The notes beneath the pieces were generated by a model, which ran no database searches, was not told the origin of the DNA, and worked only from the letters and a program-made list of their open reading frames with translations. The position numbers and the translations under genes are program-made. 64,000 bases of DNA from an uncultured bacterium (GTDB taxonomy: Bacteria; Actinomycetota; Acidimicrobiia; Spongiisociales; UBA5794). Within the stretch, counting starts at the first letter, position 1. Every line of letters begins with the position of its first letter. Shown here piece by piece: positions 40,765 to 51,575 of the stretch. Location: the NCBI GenBank assembly GCA_963801165.1, contig CAWDDT010000005.1:96001-160000 (forward strand). The letters are read 5' to 3'.

Positions 40765-42270
40765 TCACTCCGGCTCGGGCATGCCCGGCAGTTGGAGCCA
40801 TTTGATCTTGGGGATCTCCGGTTGTGGTGCGACGACAACGTCCTCGACATCTGCGGGGACCGGCTGCGAAGGATGCGGGGCATCGCCGAGCCGCGCCTGT
40901 TCGCGCCACATAGCGCTCTTCAATTGCTCTCGGATGTCGCGATACTCGGGATCGTCGTAGACGTTGTTGACCTCGTCGGGGTCGTTCTCGAGGTCGTACA
41001 GCTCCCACTCGGGCGGGAACTTGAGGAAGAACAGAGTGAACGGAAGCCCGAAACCGTCGTTGTAGTAATAGATGAGCTTGTACCGCTCGGTGCGGTAGCC
41101 GTAGTGGGCCGGCGCCTTGTGGATGATGTCGTCGTTCTCCCAGTACCGGTAGTACACGCCCTCGACCGGCGGTAGGTCCTGCTCTCCGACGAGGTCGGGC
41201 CAGAAGCTGCGGCCCTGCATTTTCGGGTGGTGCTCGACACCGGCGGCGTCGAGGATCGTCTGGGCCATGTCGACGTTGCTGACGATGCCGTCAAAGGCGC
41301 GTCCGGCCTCGAGTTTGCGTGGGTAGCTGAGCAGGAAGGGCATCCGCAACGACTCCTCGAACATGAGTCGCTTGTCGAACCAGCCGTGATCACCTAGGAA
41401 GAATCCCTGGTCCGACGAGTAGATGAGCAGGGTGTCGTCGAAATCCGCACGGTCACGCGACCAGTCGATGAGCCGGCCCACGTTCTCGTCGATCGATTCC
41501 ACACAGGCCAAGTAGTCCTGCATGTAGCGCTGGTATTTCCACACCGCCATGTCCTCATACGAGAGCCCCTCGGGGGGGTCCTCTTTGAGGTCGTCGGTGG
41601 TTAGGTGGTCGGCTACCCGCATCGCCGCCCTGCGGGCCGACGCGCTCCGAGTCGAATAGTCGTCCCAGAATGTCCTCGGGAGTGGTACCGGATCCTCGTA
41701 CATCACCTTGTGCTCCGGCTTCGGCTCCCACGGACGGTGCGGCGCCTTGTGCCACACCAGCATGCACCACGGATCGTCGCCTTCGAGCGACTCGACCCAA
41801 TCAGTGGCCAGGTCCGTAATGATGTCGGTGGCGTACCCCTCGACCGTCCGCGCGCCGTCTTCGGTGATGAAGGTCGGGTTCCAGTACTCGCCCTGGGCGG
41901 GCACGATATCCCAATAGTCGAACCCCACCGGGTCACTGACACCGCCGTGACCCATATGCCATTTACCGATCATCGCCGTCTTGTACCCGGCCGCCTTCAG
42001 CTGCGAGATGAATGTCGGCTGGCTGGCGTCGATCGGGGTGAACAGCGAGTACACGCCGTTCACGTGGCTGTAGGCGCCGGTGAGGATCGACGCCCGCGAC
42101 GGTGAGCACAGCGAGTTGGTGACAAAGCAGTTGTCGAGACGAAAGCCGTTTGTGGCGATCTCGTCGATACGTGGTGTCTGATTGACCACCGAGCCGTACG
42201 CCCCGATCGAATGGGCGGCATGGTCGTCGGTGAGGATGAAGATGATGTTGGGACGGCGCTCCGTGCTCAT
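40765..42270 (-). CDS. Cys-type sulfatase, carbohydrate-sulfatase-like
   Basis: RPNIIFILTDDH, CSPSRASILTG, IGKWHMG, HKAPHRPW, YSSDQGFFLGDHGWFDKR, ELYDLENDP; GAGG RBS before ATG 42270. Confidence 0.93.
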   Translation of the reverse strand: MSTERRPNIIFILTDDHAAHSIGAYGSVVNQTPRIDEIATNGFRLDNCFVTNSLCSPSRASILTGAYSHVNGVYSLFTPIDASQPTFISQLKAAGYKTAMIGKWHMGHGGVSDPVGFDYWDIVPAQGEYWNPTFITEDGARTVEGYATDIITDLATDWVESLEGDDPWCMLVWHKAPHRPWEPKPEHKVMYEDPVPLPRTFWDDYSTRSASARRAAMRVADHLTTDDLKEDPPEGLSYEDMAVWKYQRYMQDYLACVESIDENVGRLIDWSRDRADFDDTLLIYSSDQGFFLGDHGWFDKRLMFEESLRMPFLLSYPRKLEAGRAFDGIVSNVDMAQTILDAAGVEHHPKMQGRSFWPDLVGEQDLPPVEGVYYRYWENDDIIHKAPAHYGYRTERYKLIYYYNDGFGLPFTLFFLKFPPEWELYDLENDPDEVNNVYDDPEYRDIREQLKSAMWREQARLGDAPHPSQPVPADVEDVVVAPQPEIPKIKWLQLPGMPEPE

Positions 42271-42290
42271 TCGGTTTCCTCTCGTATCGC

Positions 42291-44009
42291 TCACCGCGCC
42301 GCGTCCCACAGACCGCAATACGGGTCGGCCGGGCTGATGCCGGTGAACTCGGCTCTGCCCAGCAACCGCTCCACCACCGCGTCGATCACGGGCACCGAAG
42401 ACGTGTAGCCGTTGATAAACGTCTTGACCATCGGCACGTCCTGGAGGTGATATGGATTGTCGATCGAGATGAAGAGGGTGGGAATCTCCTCGACGAGCCG
42501 GGGCACATCGAACCCCATCGGGTTGCCCCAATTGATCCTCACGGTCGTCTGGTTGCTGGCGGTCTTGATGCTGGCGAGGTAGACGATCATGTCGTACCCG
42601 GCTATCTGCGCAAGTGGATCCATCAGCTTGGCCCATGCCTCGGGACCGGTCGCCTCGGCATAATCGAAGGTGTCGACATCGAACCCTTCCCCCGTGAGCG
42701 TCTCGACAAAGTACCCGGCCACGCCACCGCCCTCGTCCATGTATCCGCCGACGTCTCCGAGCACGTACAGAAGGATCTTGCGTTGGCGCTCGGGTGAGAT
42801 TGGGAGCAAGCCCTGGGTGTCCCGCACCAGCGTGATAGCTCGGTCGGCGCATTCACGCGCCCACGCCTGGTGATCGTCGCAGCCGACGACGGCCAGGGCC
42901 GATTCGTCGGGAACCAGCGTGCCTTCGGCCTGCTTGCGGTGCAGACCGAGCGACGCCTTCAGACTGAGGATGGCGGTGACAGCCTCATCCAGACGCTCCT
43001 TGGTGAGCGCACCGCGTTCGAGACCGTCGAGCATGAACTGGTAGTCCTGAGCCAGGTTCGCGGCAAACAGGAATATGTCGCTACCCGCCATGATCGCAGC
43101 CGGCACGGCATCGGCGCGGCGCATCGAAGCCATCATCCCGGCCATCGCCGTGGCATCGGTCGTCACCACGCCGTTGAAACCGAGCTTGCCACGGAGCAGG
43201 TCGATGGTGATCTCGGGGGCCAGCGTCGACGGCTTGATGTCGGCATCGGCTATCCCCGGCCGCAACAATCGGGAGTAAGCAGGCTGCATGATGTGTGCTG
43301 CCATCACACCGTCTGCTCCCGCATCGATCATGCCCTGGTAGACCGTGCCGAAGGTGGCATCCCAATCGGCAACGGAAAGGCCGTTGACGCTCGCCACCAG
43401 GTGCTGGTCGCGGCCGTCCACCCCATCGCCGGGCCAGTGCTTGAGCGCCACCGCAAGCCCGGCCTCCTGGAAACCCTCCATACACGCGTGGGCGAGGCGG
43501 AGTACCCGGTTGGGATCGGAGCCGTAGGTCCTGGTGTTCGTTATCGGGTTCGCCGGGTTCGTGTCGATATCAATCACCGGGGCGAAAGCCCAGTTGCAGC
43601 CCACCGCCGCACCCTCACGTCCTGCCACCAGACCGAGGTGGTATGCGTGCTTCTCGTCGTCGGTGGCCGCGATGCCGTACTGGCTGGAGAAATTGGTTCC
43701 ATCGAGAGCTATGCCGTCACCGCCACGCTCGAGATTGGCCGCCAGCAACAGTGGAACCGAAGCCGACTCCTGAAGCACACGGTGCAGGTGCTGGACCTCC
43801 TTGGCCGCAAACGGTCGCGCCATGAAACCAGCGGGTTCGATGCCAACCTCGCGGATCGCATTCAGATTGACCTCGGGGTCGGGGTCGGTGACCACGAGCA
43901 CGAAGAGCTGACCGACCTTGGTGGCGAGGTCCATCCCGGCCAGCGTGTCCTCCACCCAGGCAACGTCTTCGTCGCTGAGCTCGAACGGCGGGGCTTTCGG
44001 GTCGATCAT
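42291..44009 (-). CDS. GH3 glycosidase, Nag3-like (possibly a phosphorylase)
   Basis: NLERGG, NWAFAPVID, KHWPGDGVDGRDQH, LLRGKLGFNGVVTTDAT; ATG overlaps the upstream TGA. Confidence 0.9.
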   Translation of the reverse strand: MIDPKAPPFELSDEDVAWVEDTLAGMDLATKVGQLFVLVVTDPDPEVNLNAIREVGIEPAGFMARPFAAKEVQHLHRVLQESASVPLLLAANLERGGDGIALDGTNFSSQYGIAATDDEKHAYHLGLVAGREGAAVGCNWAFAPVIDIDTNPANPITNTRTYGSDPNRVLRLAHACMEGFQEAGLAVALKHWPGDGVDGRDQHLVASVNGLSVADWDATFGTVYQGMIDAGADGVMAAHIMQPAYSRLLRPGIADADIKPSTLAPEITIDLLRGKLGFNGVVTTDATAMAGMMASMRRADAVPAAIMAGSDIFLFAANLAQDYQFMLDGLERGALTKERLDEAVTAILSLKASLGLHRKQAEGTLVPDESALAVVGCDDHQAWARECADRAITLVRDTQGLLPISPERQRKILLYVLGDVGGYMDEGGGVAGYFVETLTGEGFDVDTFDYAEATGPEAWAKLMDPLAQIAGYDMIVYLASIKTASNQTTVRINWGNPMGFDVPRLVEEIPTLFISIDNPYHLQDVPMVKTFINGYTSSVPVIDAVVERLLGRAEFTGISPADPYCGLWDAAR

Positions 44010-44977
44010 GTTGGGTCTCCTTGTGTTTGTAGAGCGTGGAGGGCGAGCTTCGCCCACAAATCCTCGAGAAGCAGACGGTTGTCGAGCGAGGTGTACACGC
44101 GCAGAGGCCGTCCGTCGTGTCGCGGCTGGTAGCCGCCCGTGCCGGTCATACGGGGACAGCCTTTGACGATGTGTCTGCTCGAGGAGGGCGCGGGCTCGAA
44201 CGACGATTGCAGTGCAGTAAGAAGCACAAGAGGGCTGTCCCCGAGAATGTACGTCTCCCCCAGATTGAGTCCGTGGTCCCCGGCGGCCACGGTGACGTCG
44301 GCCAGAGACTGGAACAGGTGGTGGCCGAGTGAGCCGTGCGGCGCCATGTGTAGCCGCATCTCCGCCCACGACGCCAGCGTGGTGCGGTATACGTCTCTCG
44401 GAACCTGCCAGATGGGCAGATCCGACTCGTTGAAGACCACCTGGGCGGCGAGCGGGTCGATTGCAGTGTTGTACTCGACGACGTCGCCCCCGGGGGGTGG
44501 CTCGGCCATCCCTGCATGCTCGCACCCGCCGATCCAGATGAGTATCAGACGATCGGCGATGCGGGGTTCCATGAGCCATGCCGAGGCAATCTCGGTGAGC
44601 CCTCCCCCGCAGGTCACGAACAGCGGGAGGTCGGTGTCGTCACGCATCGCCTCGGCCACGATCACCTCAGCGGCGGGGCTCGGCGCCGGGGTGTCGATCT
44701 TTGACAGCGGCGTATTCGCCCCGGCGACAACGCGAACGTCATGGCGGTGGCACAACTCTGCCACCCTCCCGGCCGCCGCAGCGGCATGGTCGGCGGTAGC
44801 GTCGGAAGTGTCGAAGGGATCGCCGAAACGCAGATGGGAGCCGATGACGGCAGCCACGTCGACGCTCGGGCTCAACAGCAAGTGCGCCAGCTGCACGAGA
44901 CCGTCGGGATCGCCTCCGTAGTCGTTGTCGGAGATGATCCGCATGCGCGGGCGGGTCGACCAGCGCTCAACCGACAT
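44006..44977 (-). CDS. Nucleoside-hydrolase-fold protein
   Basis: IISDNDYGGDPDG, CGGGLTEIASA, WIGG, EYN..IDP.AAQVVF, LGDSPLV. Confidence 0.8.
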   Translation of the reverse strand: MSVERWSTRPRMRIISDNDYGGDPDGLVQLAHLLLSPSVDVAAVIGSHLRFGDPFDTSDATADHAAAAAGRVAELCHRHDVRVVAGANTPLSKIDTPAPSPAAEVIVAEAMRDDTDLPLFVTCGGGLTEIASAWLMEPRIADRLILIWIGGCEHAGMAEPPPGGDVVEYNTAIDPLAAQVVFNESDLPIWQVPRDVYRTTLASWAEMRLHMAPHGSLGHHLFQSLADVTVAAGDHGLNLGETYILGDSPLVLLTALQSSFEPAPSSSRHIVKGCPRMTGTGGYQPRHDGRPLRVYTSLDNRLLLEDLWAKLALHALQTQGDPT

Positions 44978-46440
44978 CGCCGCTGCCCTCCTCGTGATAC
45001 CAATCGAATCCGAGCTCCCCTGAGACGCAGTACATTCCGGCGACACGGCCAGTGAATGAACCGGTTGGCTCCGCCGTGAGGAACCGGCCGTCGAAGACAG
45101 CCACGTCAGAAGGACCGGCGTCGCCGACAAACCCCAGAGCGATCAGGTCCGACGTGATGATGAACTCACCGTCCGTTTTCCGGGCCTCGACGAAGAGCAC
45201 GACGGGCCCGGGCGGTAGAGGCATGCGACGCTCGTCGGTGATCGTTGCCAGACGGGCCCGGGCGACCACCTCAGCCCCGTTGACCTCGATGTCGTAGTGG
45301 TGGTCCTCGTCATAGCGAAGGCTCAGCCCGCCCACACCTGTGCGATCCGAGATCGACGCGCTCGATGCGGGCGTCGAGACAACACACCCGACGGCCGATG
45401 AACGTAGGCACCAAAGCGTCCATAGTCCGGCCCTCTCCCTCGATTCTGACCAAGCCGGCGTCGAGCATGGCGACCTCTCTAGGCAGACGCCGCACGCCAA
45501 TCCACTCGAGCCCGAGATCGTCCCCGTCGAAGTCATCGTGGAATACGGGCGGGCGAACTGTATCGGGGAGGACAACCGGCTCCACCACCGGCCAGCCGTC
45601 GACCCAGTCGACGCCGGTGATGAAGCTCTCCCGCCCCAGCGGCGAGAACGACGCCCTGCCCCCCGTGGTTCGAGTTCCCAGCATCACCATGCGCCAGCTG
45701 CCGTCGGGCGCGGCAACGAGGTCGCCGTGACCCGTGCTCTGGACCACCCGGCTCGTACCACTTGCGGTGAGGATCGGGTTGTCGGGGCACGGCACGAAGG
45801 GTCCTGTAGGTCTATCCGACCGGGCGATGCTCACCGAGTGCCCCCGCTCGGTACCGCCCTCGGCGATCATCAGGTACCACCAATCGCCGACGTGGTACAG
45901 GTGTGGCGCCTCGGGGAACATCAGCCCGGACCCCGACCACAGAGAGCGCGGCCCCTCGAGGGCTCGTCCGGTCTCGAGATCGATCCGTACTTGCTGGATG
46001 CCGAGATGCTGGAAGCCTGCGCCGAGCAGAAGCCCGGAGAAGGTCAGGTAGCACGTGCCGTCGTCATCCCAGGCAAGGTCCGGGTCGATGCCGTCGATGT
46101 CGCGTAGCAGTACAGGGTCGCTCCACGGTCCGGCAGGATCGTCGGCTGTGAACACCATGTTGCCCCTGCCCATGGCATCGGTAACGATGAGGACGAACCT
46201 ACCGCCGTGGTACCGGATCGTGGGAGCCCATATCCCACCGGCGGTTCGCACTCCTTCCTCGAGGATGCCTGGCCTGTCGATCACGTTGCCGATGAGCTCC
46301 CACTCGGTCAGGTCGCGGCTGTGGTAGATGGGCAGACCGGGCTGGTATTCGAAGCTCGATGTCGCCAGGTAGTAGTCCGCCCCGACCTTCACCACCGACG
46401 GATCGGGGTTGAATCCGGGAATGATGAGATTCGACTTCAT
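44967..46440 (-). pseudogene. GH43 beta-xylosidase/arabinofuranosidase, frameshifted near 45330-45365 (pseudogene or assembly error)
   Basis: Catalytic domain in 45310..46440 (PGFNPDPS, WAPTIRY, GIDPD, PEAPH, AEGGT); C-terminal domain (GGLSLRYDE...GSFTGRVAGMY) continues in another frame to 44967; total 1474 nt = 3n+1. Confidence 0.75.
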
Positions 46441-48866
46441 GGGACGAGCTCGATCGCTGCGGTCGCCGGCGTGTCGACAACACTGAATCCGGCCAGGATG
46501 GCAAACGTGCCCGGCTCGAATTGCCAGCCGCCATCGAAGTGAGCGAGTTCCCTAGAGGACACCTCGATCTCGATATCGGCTGTCTCGCCGGGTCCAAGCT
46601 CGATCTCGGAGAAGCCGATCAACCATCGTGCCGGTCTGTCAACCGAGCTATCCGTACGCTCGCCGTATAGCTGGACGACCTGTTTCCCGGTGCGCTCGCC
46701 CGTGTTGGTGAGACGCACGCCTACCACGAATGAGCGTCCCGCCACCACCTGAGCCGGCAGCGTCATCGAGTCGAGCGACCACGTCGTGTACCCGAGACCG
46801 TGACCAAAGCAGTACGCAGGCTCGGCGCCGGAGCGAAGCCACCCGCGATATCCGATGTGCAGTCCCTCGTCGTACCGCACTTGTCCATCGACGGGGATCG
46901 GCCGACCGATGGGGAGGACGTCCTCCGTCGGCGGCCACGTAGTCGTCAGCCGGCCGCCCGGTTCAGCCTTCCCGTACAAGACGTCGGCGAGGGCGTGGCC
47001 AAACTCCTGACCGGGGAAATGCACGATGAGAATCGCCGGTACCTCGTCGCGCCAGGGAAGGATGACGGGAGCGCCCGAGTTGACTACCACAATCGTGCTC
47101 GGGTTGGCGGCGGCAACTGCACGCACCAGGTCATCCTGACGGCCGGGAAGGGCCAGAGTGGTCCTATCTACGCCTTCAGACTCGATCTCTGCATTCGTCC
47201 CGACAACAACAACGGCTACGTCGGAGCGAGACGCTACGGCAACAGCCTCTTCGATCAGCCGGTCGCCGTTGGACGTGTCGGGCTTCGTGCCGAACTTGAA
47301 GAACAACGCGTCGCCGAGCGCCCCCATACCCTTGAGCGGCTCCAGAACGAGCTCCAGCTCAAGCACCTGGCCCGCGGTGACACCTAGCTTCCCGCTGTGA
47401 ACCGGCGGCACGAGCAGCCCCTCGACGTCGAGCCCCGTACCCTGCTCGGGAGCATGTCGGAGAAACTCGGAACCGTCCACGGAAAGGACCGCCGGGTAGA
47501 TGCCTCCATAGGCGAGCTCGATCGCCCCGGTGAATTCCACGCGGAAACTGGTACGCAGCGAGACCGTGGCTGCATCTCCAACCGGGGCACTCCCGCCGAA
47601 GTAGGTAAGGCTCGTCAGCCGCCGATCCTCCACATGCATGGCAGAGCCGGCGGCATCGGCGAATGTCACCCTCACCCCGGGAGCCCCGGTCACCGGGTTG
47701 GTCAGATTCTCAATCGGGAGGTCGGCGATTCCCGACTCGACGATTGCCCCCAGGGCGTACTCAACGCGATTTTCCCCGACCGCCGTGGCTAGACCCTCGA
47801 GAGCGGAGACGACGTGCTCCGGTATGACGGTGGCGCTGCCTCCACCCAGGACACGAGCCATCGTGGCGTTGTGGCCGATCAGGGCTACGGTCGACTCTGG
47901 GGCAAGCGGGAGGATGCCGCTGTTCTTGACGAGTACCGACCCGGCGATCGCCGCCTCACGGGCGAATACCTTGCCATCGGTGGCCGCTGGAGTGGCCGGC
48001 GCTCCACCGACCGACTCCAGCCCACCGACGCGGGCGGCTAGGAGGAGGTTCCGCCGCACCTTGCGATCAATTGTCTCTTCAGGAATCTTCCCGGACAGGA
48101 CGGCGTCGACAAGCGCCTGGCCCCACGGTCCGTCGGGCCCGGGCATGACGAGGTCCTGTTCCTTCTCGGCACTATGGAGTGAGCGCACCGCCGTCCAGTC
48201 GCTGATCACGACACCGTCGAAACCCCATTCGGTTCTGAGGGGGTCGTCGAGCAGGTCGTTCTCCGATGAGGTAACGCCGTTGATCGAGTTGTAGGAACTC
48301 ATCACCGACCAGGCCCCGGCGCGAACCACATCCTCGAAGGGGCGCAGGTACAGCTCGCGAAGTGCTCTTTCGGCGACCACAACGTCGACCGTGAAGCGAT
48401 CTGTTTCGAAGTCGTTGGCGACATAGTGCTTGGGGGTAGCGCCGACACCGCTGTCCTGAACGCCGTCGACATACGCACACGCAAGAGCCCCGGTGAGTAG
48501 CGGGTCCTCGCTCATGCACTCGAAGTGGCGGCCGCCGTATGGAGTGCGATGGAGGTTGATGGTGGGGCCGAGAACGATGTCTACACCTTTGCGCCGAGCC
48601 TCACCGGCCAGTACGACACCAAAACGCCGGGCAAGAGCTCGGCTCCACGACGATGCCAGCGCCGTCAACGAAGGCAGACAGAGCGAGGGGTCGCGGTCGT
48701 CCCAGGTCTCACCGCGAACCCCAATGGGTCCGTCCGACAGCAGCAAGCTGCGCAGACCGATGCGCTCGAGGGGAACCGTGTTCCAGAAATCACGCCCCGT
48801 GAGCAGAGCAACCTTCTCCTCGAGCGTCAGCGAGGCGACGAGCTCGTCGATTGTCCCGGAGGTCAT
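46437..48866 (-). CDS. GH3 beta-glucosidase with PA14-like insert and FnIII domain
   Basis: SDGPIGVRG, GGRHFECMSEDP, KHYVAND, ISDW nucleophile, GGGSA, ESEG.DR, FGHGLGYT. Confidence 0.94.
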   Translation of the reverse strand: MTSGTIDELVASLTLEEKVALLTGRDFWNTVPLERIGLRSLLLSDGPIGVRGETWDDRDPSLCLPSLTALASSWSRALARRFGVVLAGEARRKGVDIVLGPTINLHRTPYGGRHFECMSEDPLLTGALACAYVDGVQDSGVGATPKHYVANDFETDRFTVDVVVAERALRELYLRPFEDVVRAGAWSVMSSYNSINGVTSSENDLLDDPLRTEWGFDGVVISDWTAVRSLHSAEKEQDLVMPGPDGPWGQALVDAVLSGKIPEETIDRKVRRNLLLAARVGGLESVGGAPATPAATDGKVFAREAAIAGSVLVKNSGILPLAPESTVALIGHNATMARVLGGGSATVIPEHVVSALEGLATAVGENRVEYALGAIVESGIADLPIENLTNPVTGAPGVRVTFADAAGSAMHVEDRRLTSLTYFGGSAPVGDAATVSLRTSFRVEFTGAIELAYGGIYPAVLSVDGSEFLRHAPEQGTGLDVEGLLVPPVHSGKLGVTAGQVLELELVLEPLKGMGALGDALFFKFGTKPDTSNGDRLIEEAVAVASRSDVAVVVVGTNAEIESEGVDRTTLALPGRQDDLVRAVAAANPSTIVVVNSGAPVILPWRDEVPAILIVHFPGQEFGHALADVLYGKAEPGGRLTTTWPPTEDVLPIGRPIPVDGQVRYDEGLHIGYRGWLRSGAEPAYCFGHGLGYTTWSLDSMTLPAQVVAGRSFVVGVRLTNTGERTGKQVVQLYGERTDSSVDRPARWLIGFSEIELGPGETADIEIEVSSRELAHFDGGWQFEPGTFAILAGFSVVDTPATAAIELVP

Positions 48867-48936
48867 GTCACCACCCCTTCCGGGGGGAAGTGAGTCCAGA
48901 TTCGCAGGAAGCGAAGGGCACCCATGCTTCGACCTC

Positions 48937-49773
48937 TCATCCGGCCGCCGCCGCGGCGAGACGCTGCCTTTCCTGCCTCCGCTCGGCTTGCCGATCAGGA
49001 TCGGGCACCGGTGCAGCCATCATCAGTCGCCGCGTGTATGGCTCCTGTGGATGCTTGCTGATCTGCTCGCCATCGCCCCATTCGACGATGCCACCGTCTT
49101 GCATGACCGCGATGCGATGGCTCAGGTAATGAACCACTGCCAGGTCGTGAGAGATGAACAGGTAGGCGACCCCGGTCTGTTTCTGTATCTCGAGGAACAG
49201 ATCGAGCACCTTGGCCTGCGTCGACAGGTCGAGCGCAGACACCGGCTCGTCACACACGATGAGCTTCGGGTCGAGCGCAAGTGCCCGAGCGATAGCGATA
49301 CGCTGCCGCTGGCCGCCGCTGAATTCCTTCGGTTTGCGGTCGGCTGCGTTCTTGGGCAGTTTGACCTCATCGAGCAGATCCCGCACCCGAGCCCTGGCCT
49401 GATCCTTGGGGACCTTGCGGACGGTCATCGGCTCGGTGAGGATCTGCTCGATCGTCATCGATGGGTTGAGCGACGAATAGGGATCCTGGAACACGACCTG
49501 GATGTCGCTGGCCATCTCCCGGCGTGTGGCCCGGTTGGCGTTGGCGATTTCCTTGCCCTCGAAGCGGATCGACCCGCCGGTGACCGGGGCCAGACCGAGA
49601 ATCCCACGACCAAGAGTCGTCTTCCCGGACCCGGACTCGCCGACGAGACCAACGCACTCGCCCCGTCGGATGTCGACCGACACATCTTTGATGATGTGAT
49701 AACCGGGGTGGCGCAGGCCACGGCCCGGATAGGTGATGTCAACGTGCTCGCAGACGCAAATGGGCTCTGTCAT
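48937..49773 (-). CDS. Opp/Dpp-type ABC ATP-binding protein
   Basis: [43 protein letters not shown]. Confidence 0.94.
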   Translation of the reverse strand: MTEPICVCEHVDITYPGRGLRHPGYHIIKDVSVDIRRGECVGLVGESGSGKTTLGRGILGLAPVTGGSIRFEGKEIANANRATRREMASDIQVVFQDPYSSLNPSMTIEQILTEPMTVRKVPKDQARARVRDLLDEVKLPKNAADRKPKEFSGGQRQRIAIARALALDPKLIVCDEPVSALDLSTQAKVLDLFLEIQKQTGVAYLFISHDLAVVHYLSHRIAVMQDGGIVEWGDGEQISKHPQEPYTRRLMMAAPVPDPDRQAERRQERQRLAAAAAG

Positions 49774-51575
49774 CGCGCTACCTCCATGCTCGGAGCACGG
49801 TACGGTTCCCTGCCTTCGGAGCCATCGAGAATCGCATCGAGGAGCGATTGGGTATATGGATGCTGGGCATCGTGGAAGATCGATCGCACCGGACCGGATT
49901 CAACGATCGTGCCGTACTGCATCACGGCGACCTGATCGCAGAGGTCGGCGACCACACCGAAGTTGTGGGTCACCAGGAGCAGAGCAACGTTGGTGTCTTT
50001 CTGTAGCTCACGTAGCAAGTCGAGCACCTCGGCCTCCACCGTCACATCGAGCGCCGTGGTCGGTTCGTCGGCGATGATGAGGTCGGCGCCACAGGACACC
50101 GCCCCCGCGATCAGCACACGCTGCGCCATGCCTCCGGACAGCTGGTGGGGGTAAGAGTCGAACGTCCGTACCGGATCGGGGATCTCGACTCGTTCGAGCA
50201 GGTCGAGGGCACGCCGGCGGGCCTCCCTCTTGTCGATCCCCAGCACCATCCTCATCGGCTCTACGAGCTGATGGCCCACAGTGAAGGTGGGATCGAGATT
50301 GCTCATCGGTTCTTGCGGGATGTAGCCGATACGGTTGCCGAGTATCTCGTGCTGCCTGCCGAGGTCGTTGCTATCTACGATCAGCGGCTGCCCATCGAAC
50401 GTGATAGAGCCGGCGAGGATGCGTCCTGTTGCGGGAAGCAAGCCCATGACACCGAAAGCGGTCTGGGTCTTCCCGGAGCCCGACTCGCCGATCAACCCCA
50501 GTACCTGGCCGCGGTGCACCGTCAGGCTCACGTCTCGCACCACGGGTGCGTACCGTCCGAAGCCATCCGGGTAACCGATGGTGAGACCGGATACCTCGAG
50601 CAGCACAGGTTGGTCCAAAGCAACTGCGGCGTGGTGGATCGGGGCGGCCTCTGGTACGGGGACGTTGGGCTCGGGAGGACGCTTGCGATCCTTGCGCCGG
50701 ACACGGGGACCGGTCGCCTCCAACTCGTCCCGAACGGCGTTGGCGAACAGGGTGAGCGCCAGCATGGTGAGGGCGAGGATGAGGCCGGGCCAGAACACCA
50801 GTAGCGGCTGGATCGTGAGCTGACGGAATCCTTCGCGCAACATGCCACCCCACGTGGCCGTGTTGGCGTCGCCGAGACCCAGGATCTCGAGGCCGGCCTG
50901 GATCCGCACTGCGATACTGAAGATGAGCCCGGCTTGAATGATGATCGGGGCTCGCACCACCGAGAGAATGTGGCGCCCGATGATCCGCGTGTCGCTCAGG
51001 CCGGTGACCCGCGCCGCATCAACGTACAGCTCGTTTCTCACTTCTCGTACCGTTCCCGATACCAACCTGTAGAAGCCGGGAACCATGAGGAAACCGAACA
51101 CCGCCATTGCCGTATATACGGACTTGCCCAGCACAACGCTTGCCGCCAGGACAACGACGATCGCCGGCATCGACATGACCAGCGAGACCACCCAGTTGGA
51201 GATGGTGTCGAACCATCCCGAGAAGTACCCGGCAATCAACCCGGTCACCGTTCCGACGGATAGGGCGATGATCATCGCCAGACCCGCCGCAGTCAGCGTG
51301 TTCTGCCCTCCGTAGAGCAGCCGCGACAACACGTCCTGGCCCGAGCTGCTGGTGCCCAACCAGTGAGCCGAACTCGGCCCGGAAAGAATGTTGGTGAGAT
51401 CCGTCGCGCCTGGATCGTACGGACTCAGTACGCGGGCGAATATGCCCGAGAGGAGAATCAGAACAAGGACGATCAACGGGATCAATGCACCTGGACGCGT
51501 CAGGATGCGCTTGACAATGTGCTCTGTTTGACCTCGCGTGTCTCCGTGGACCTCAACCGGAGTGGTGCCCGTCAT
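49770..51575 (-). CDS. Opp/Dpp-type ABC permease-ATPase fusion (DppC+DppD)
   Basis: HWLGT...GQDVLSRL, YVDAARVTG, then [25 protein letters not shown]. Confidence 0.93.
   Translation of the reverse strand: MTGTTPVEVHGDTRGQTEHIVKRILTRPGALIPLIVLVLILLSGIFARVLSPYDPGATDLTNILSGPSSAHWLGTSSSGQDVLSRLLYGGQNTLTAAGLAMIIALSVGTVTGLIAGYFSGWFDTISNWVVSLVMSMPAIVVVLAASVVLGKSVYTAMAVFGFLMVPGFYRLVSGTVREVRNELYVDAARVTGLSDTRIIGRHILSVVRAPIIIQAGLIFSIAVRIQAGLEILGLGDANTATWGGMLREGFRQLTIQPLLVFWPGLILALTMLALTLFANAVRDELEATGPRVRRKDRKRPPEPNVPVPEAAPIHHAAVALDQPVLLEVSGLTIGYPDGFGRYAPVVRDVSLTVHRGQVLGLIGESGSGKTQTAFGVMGLLPATGRILAGSITFDGQPLIVDSNDLGRQHEILGNRIGYIPQEPMSNLDPTFTVGHQLVEPMRMVLGIDKREARRRALDLLERVEIPDPVRTFDSYPHQLSGGMAQRVLIAGAVSCGADLIIADEPTTALDVTVEAEVLDLLRELQKDTNVALLLVTHNFGVVADLCDQVAVMQYGTIVESGPVRSIFHDAQHPYTQSLLDAILDGSEGREPYRAPSMEVAR

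Noticed and set aside
40765-44579. Long N-terminal extensions on the sulfatase (695 aa) and GH3 (762 aa) ORFs
   Set aside because: The extensions overlap upstream genes in other frames; RBS-supported starts are at 42270 and 44009.
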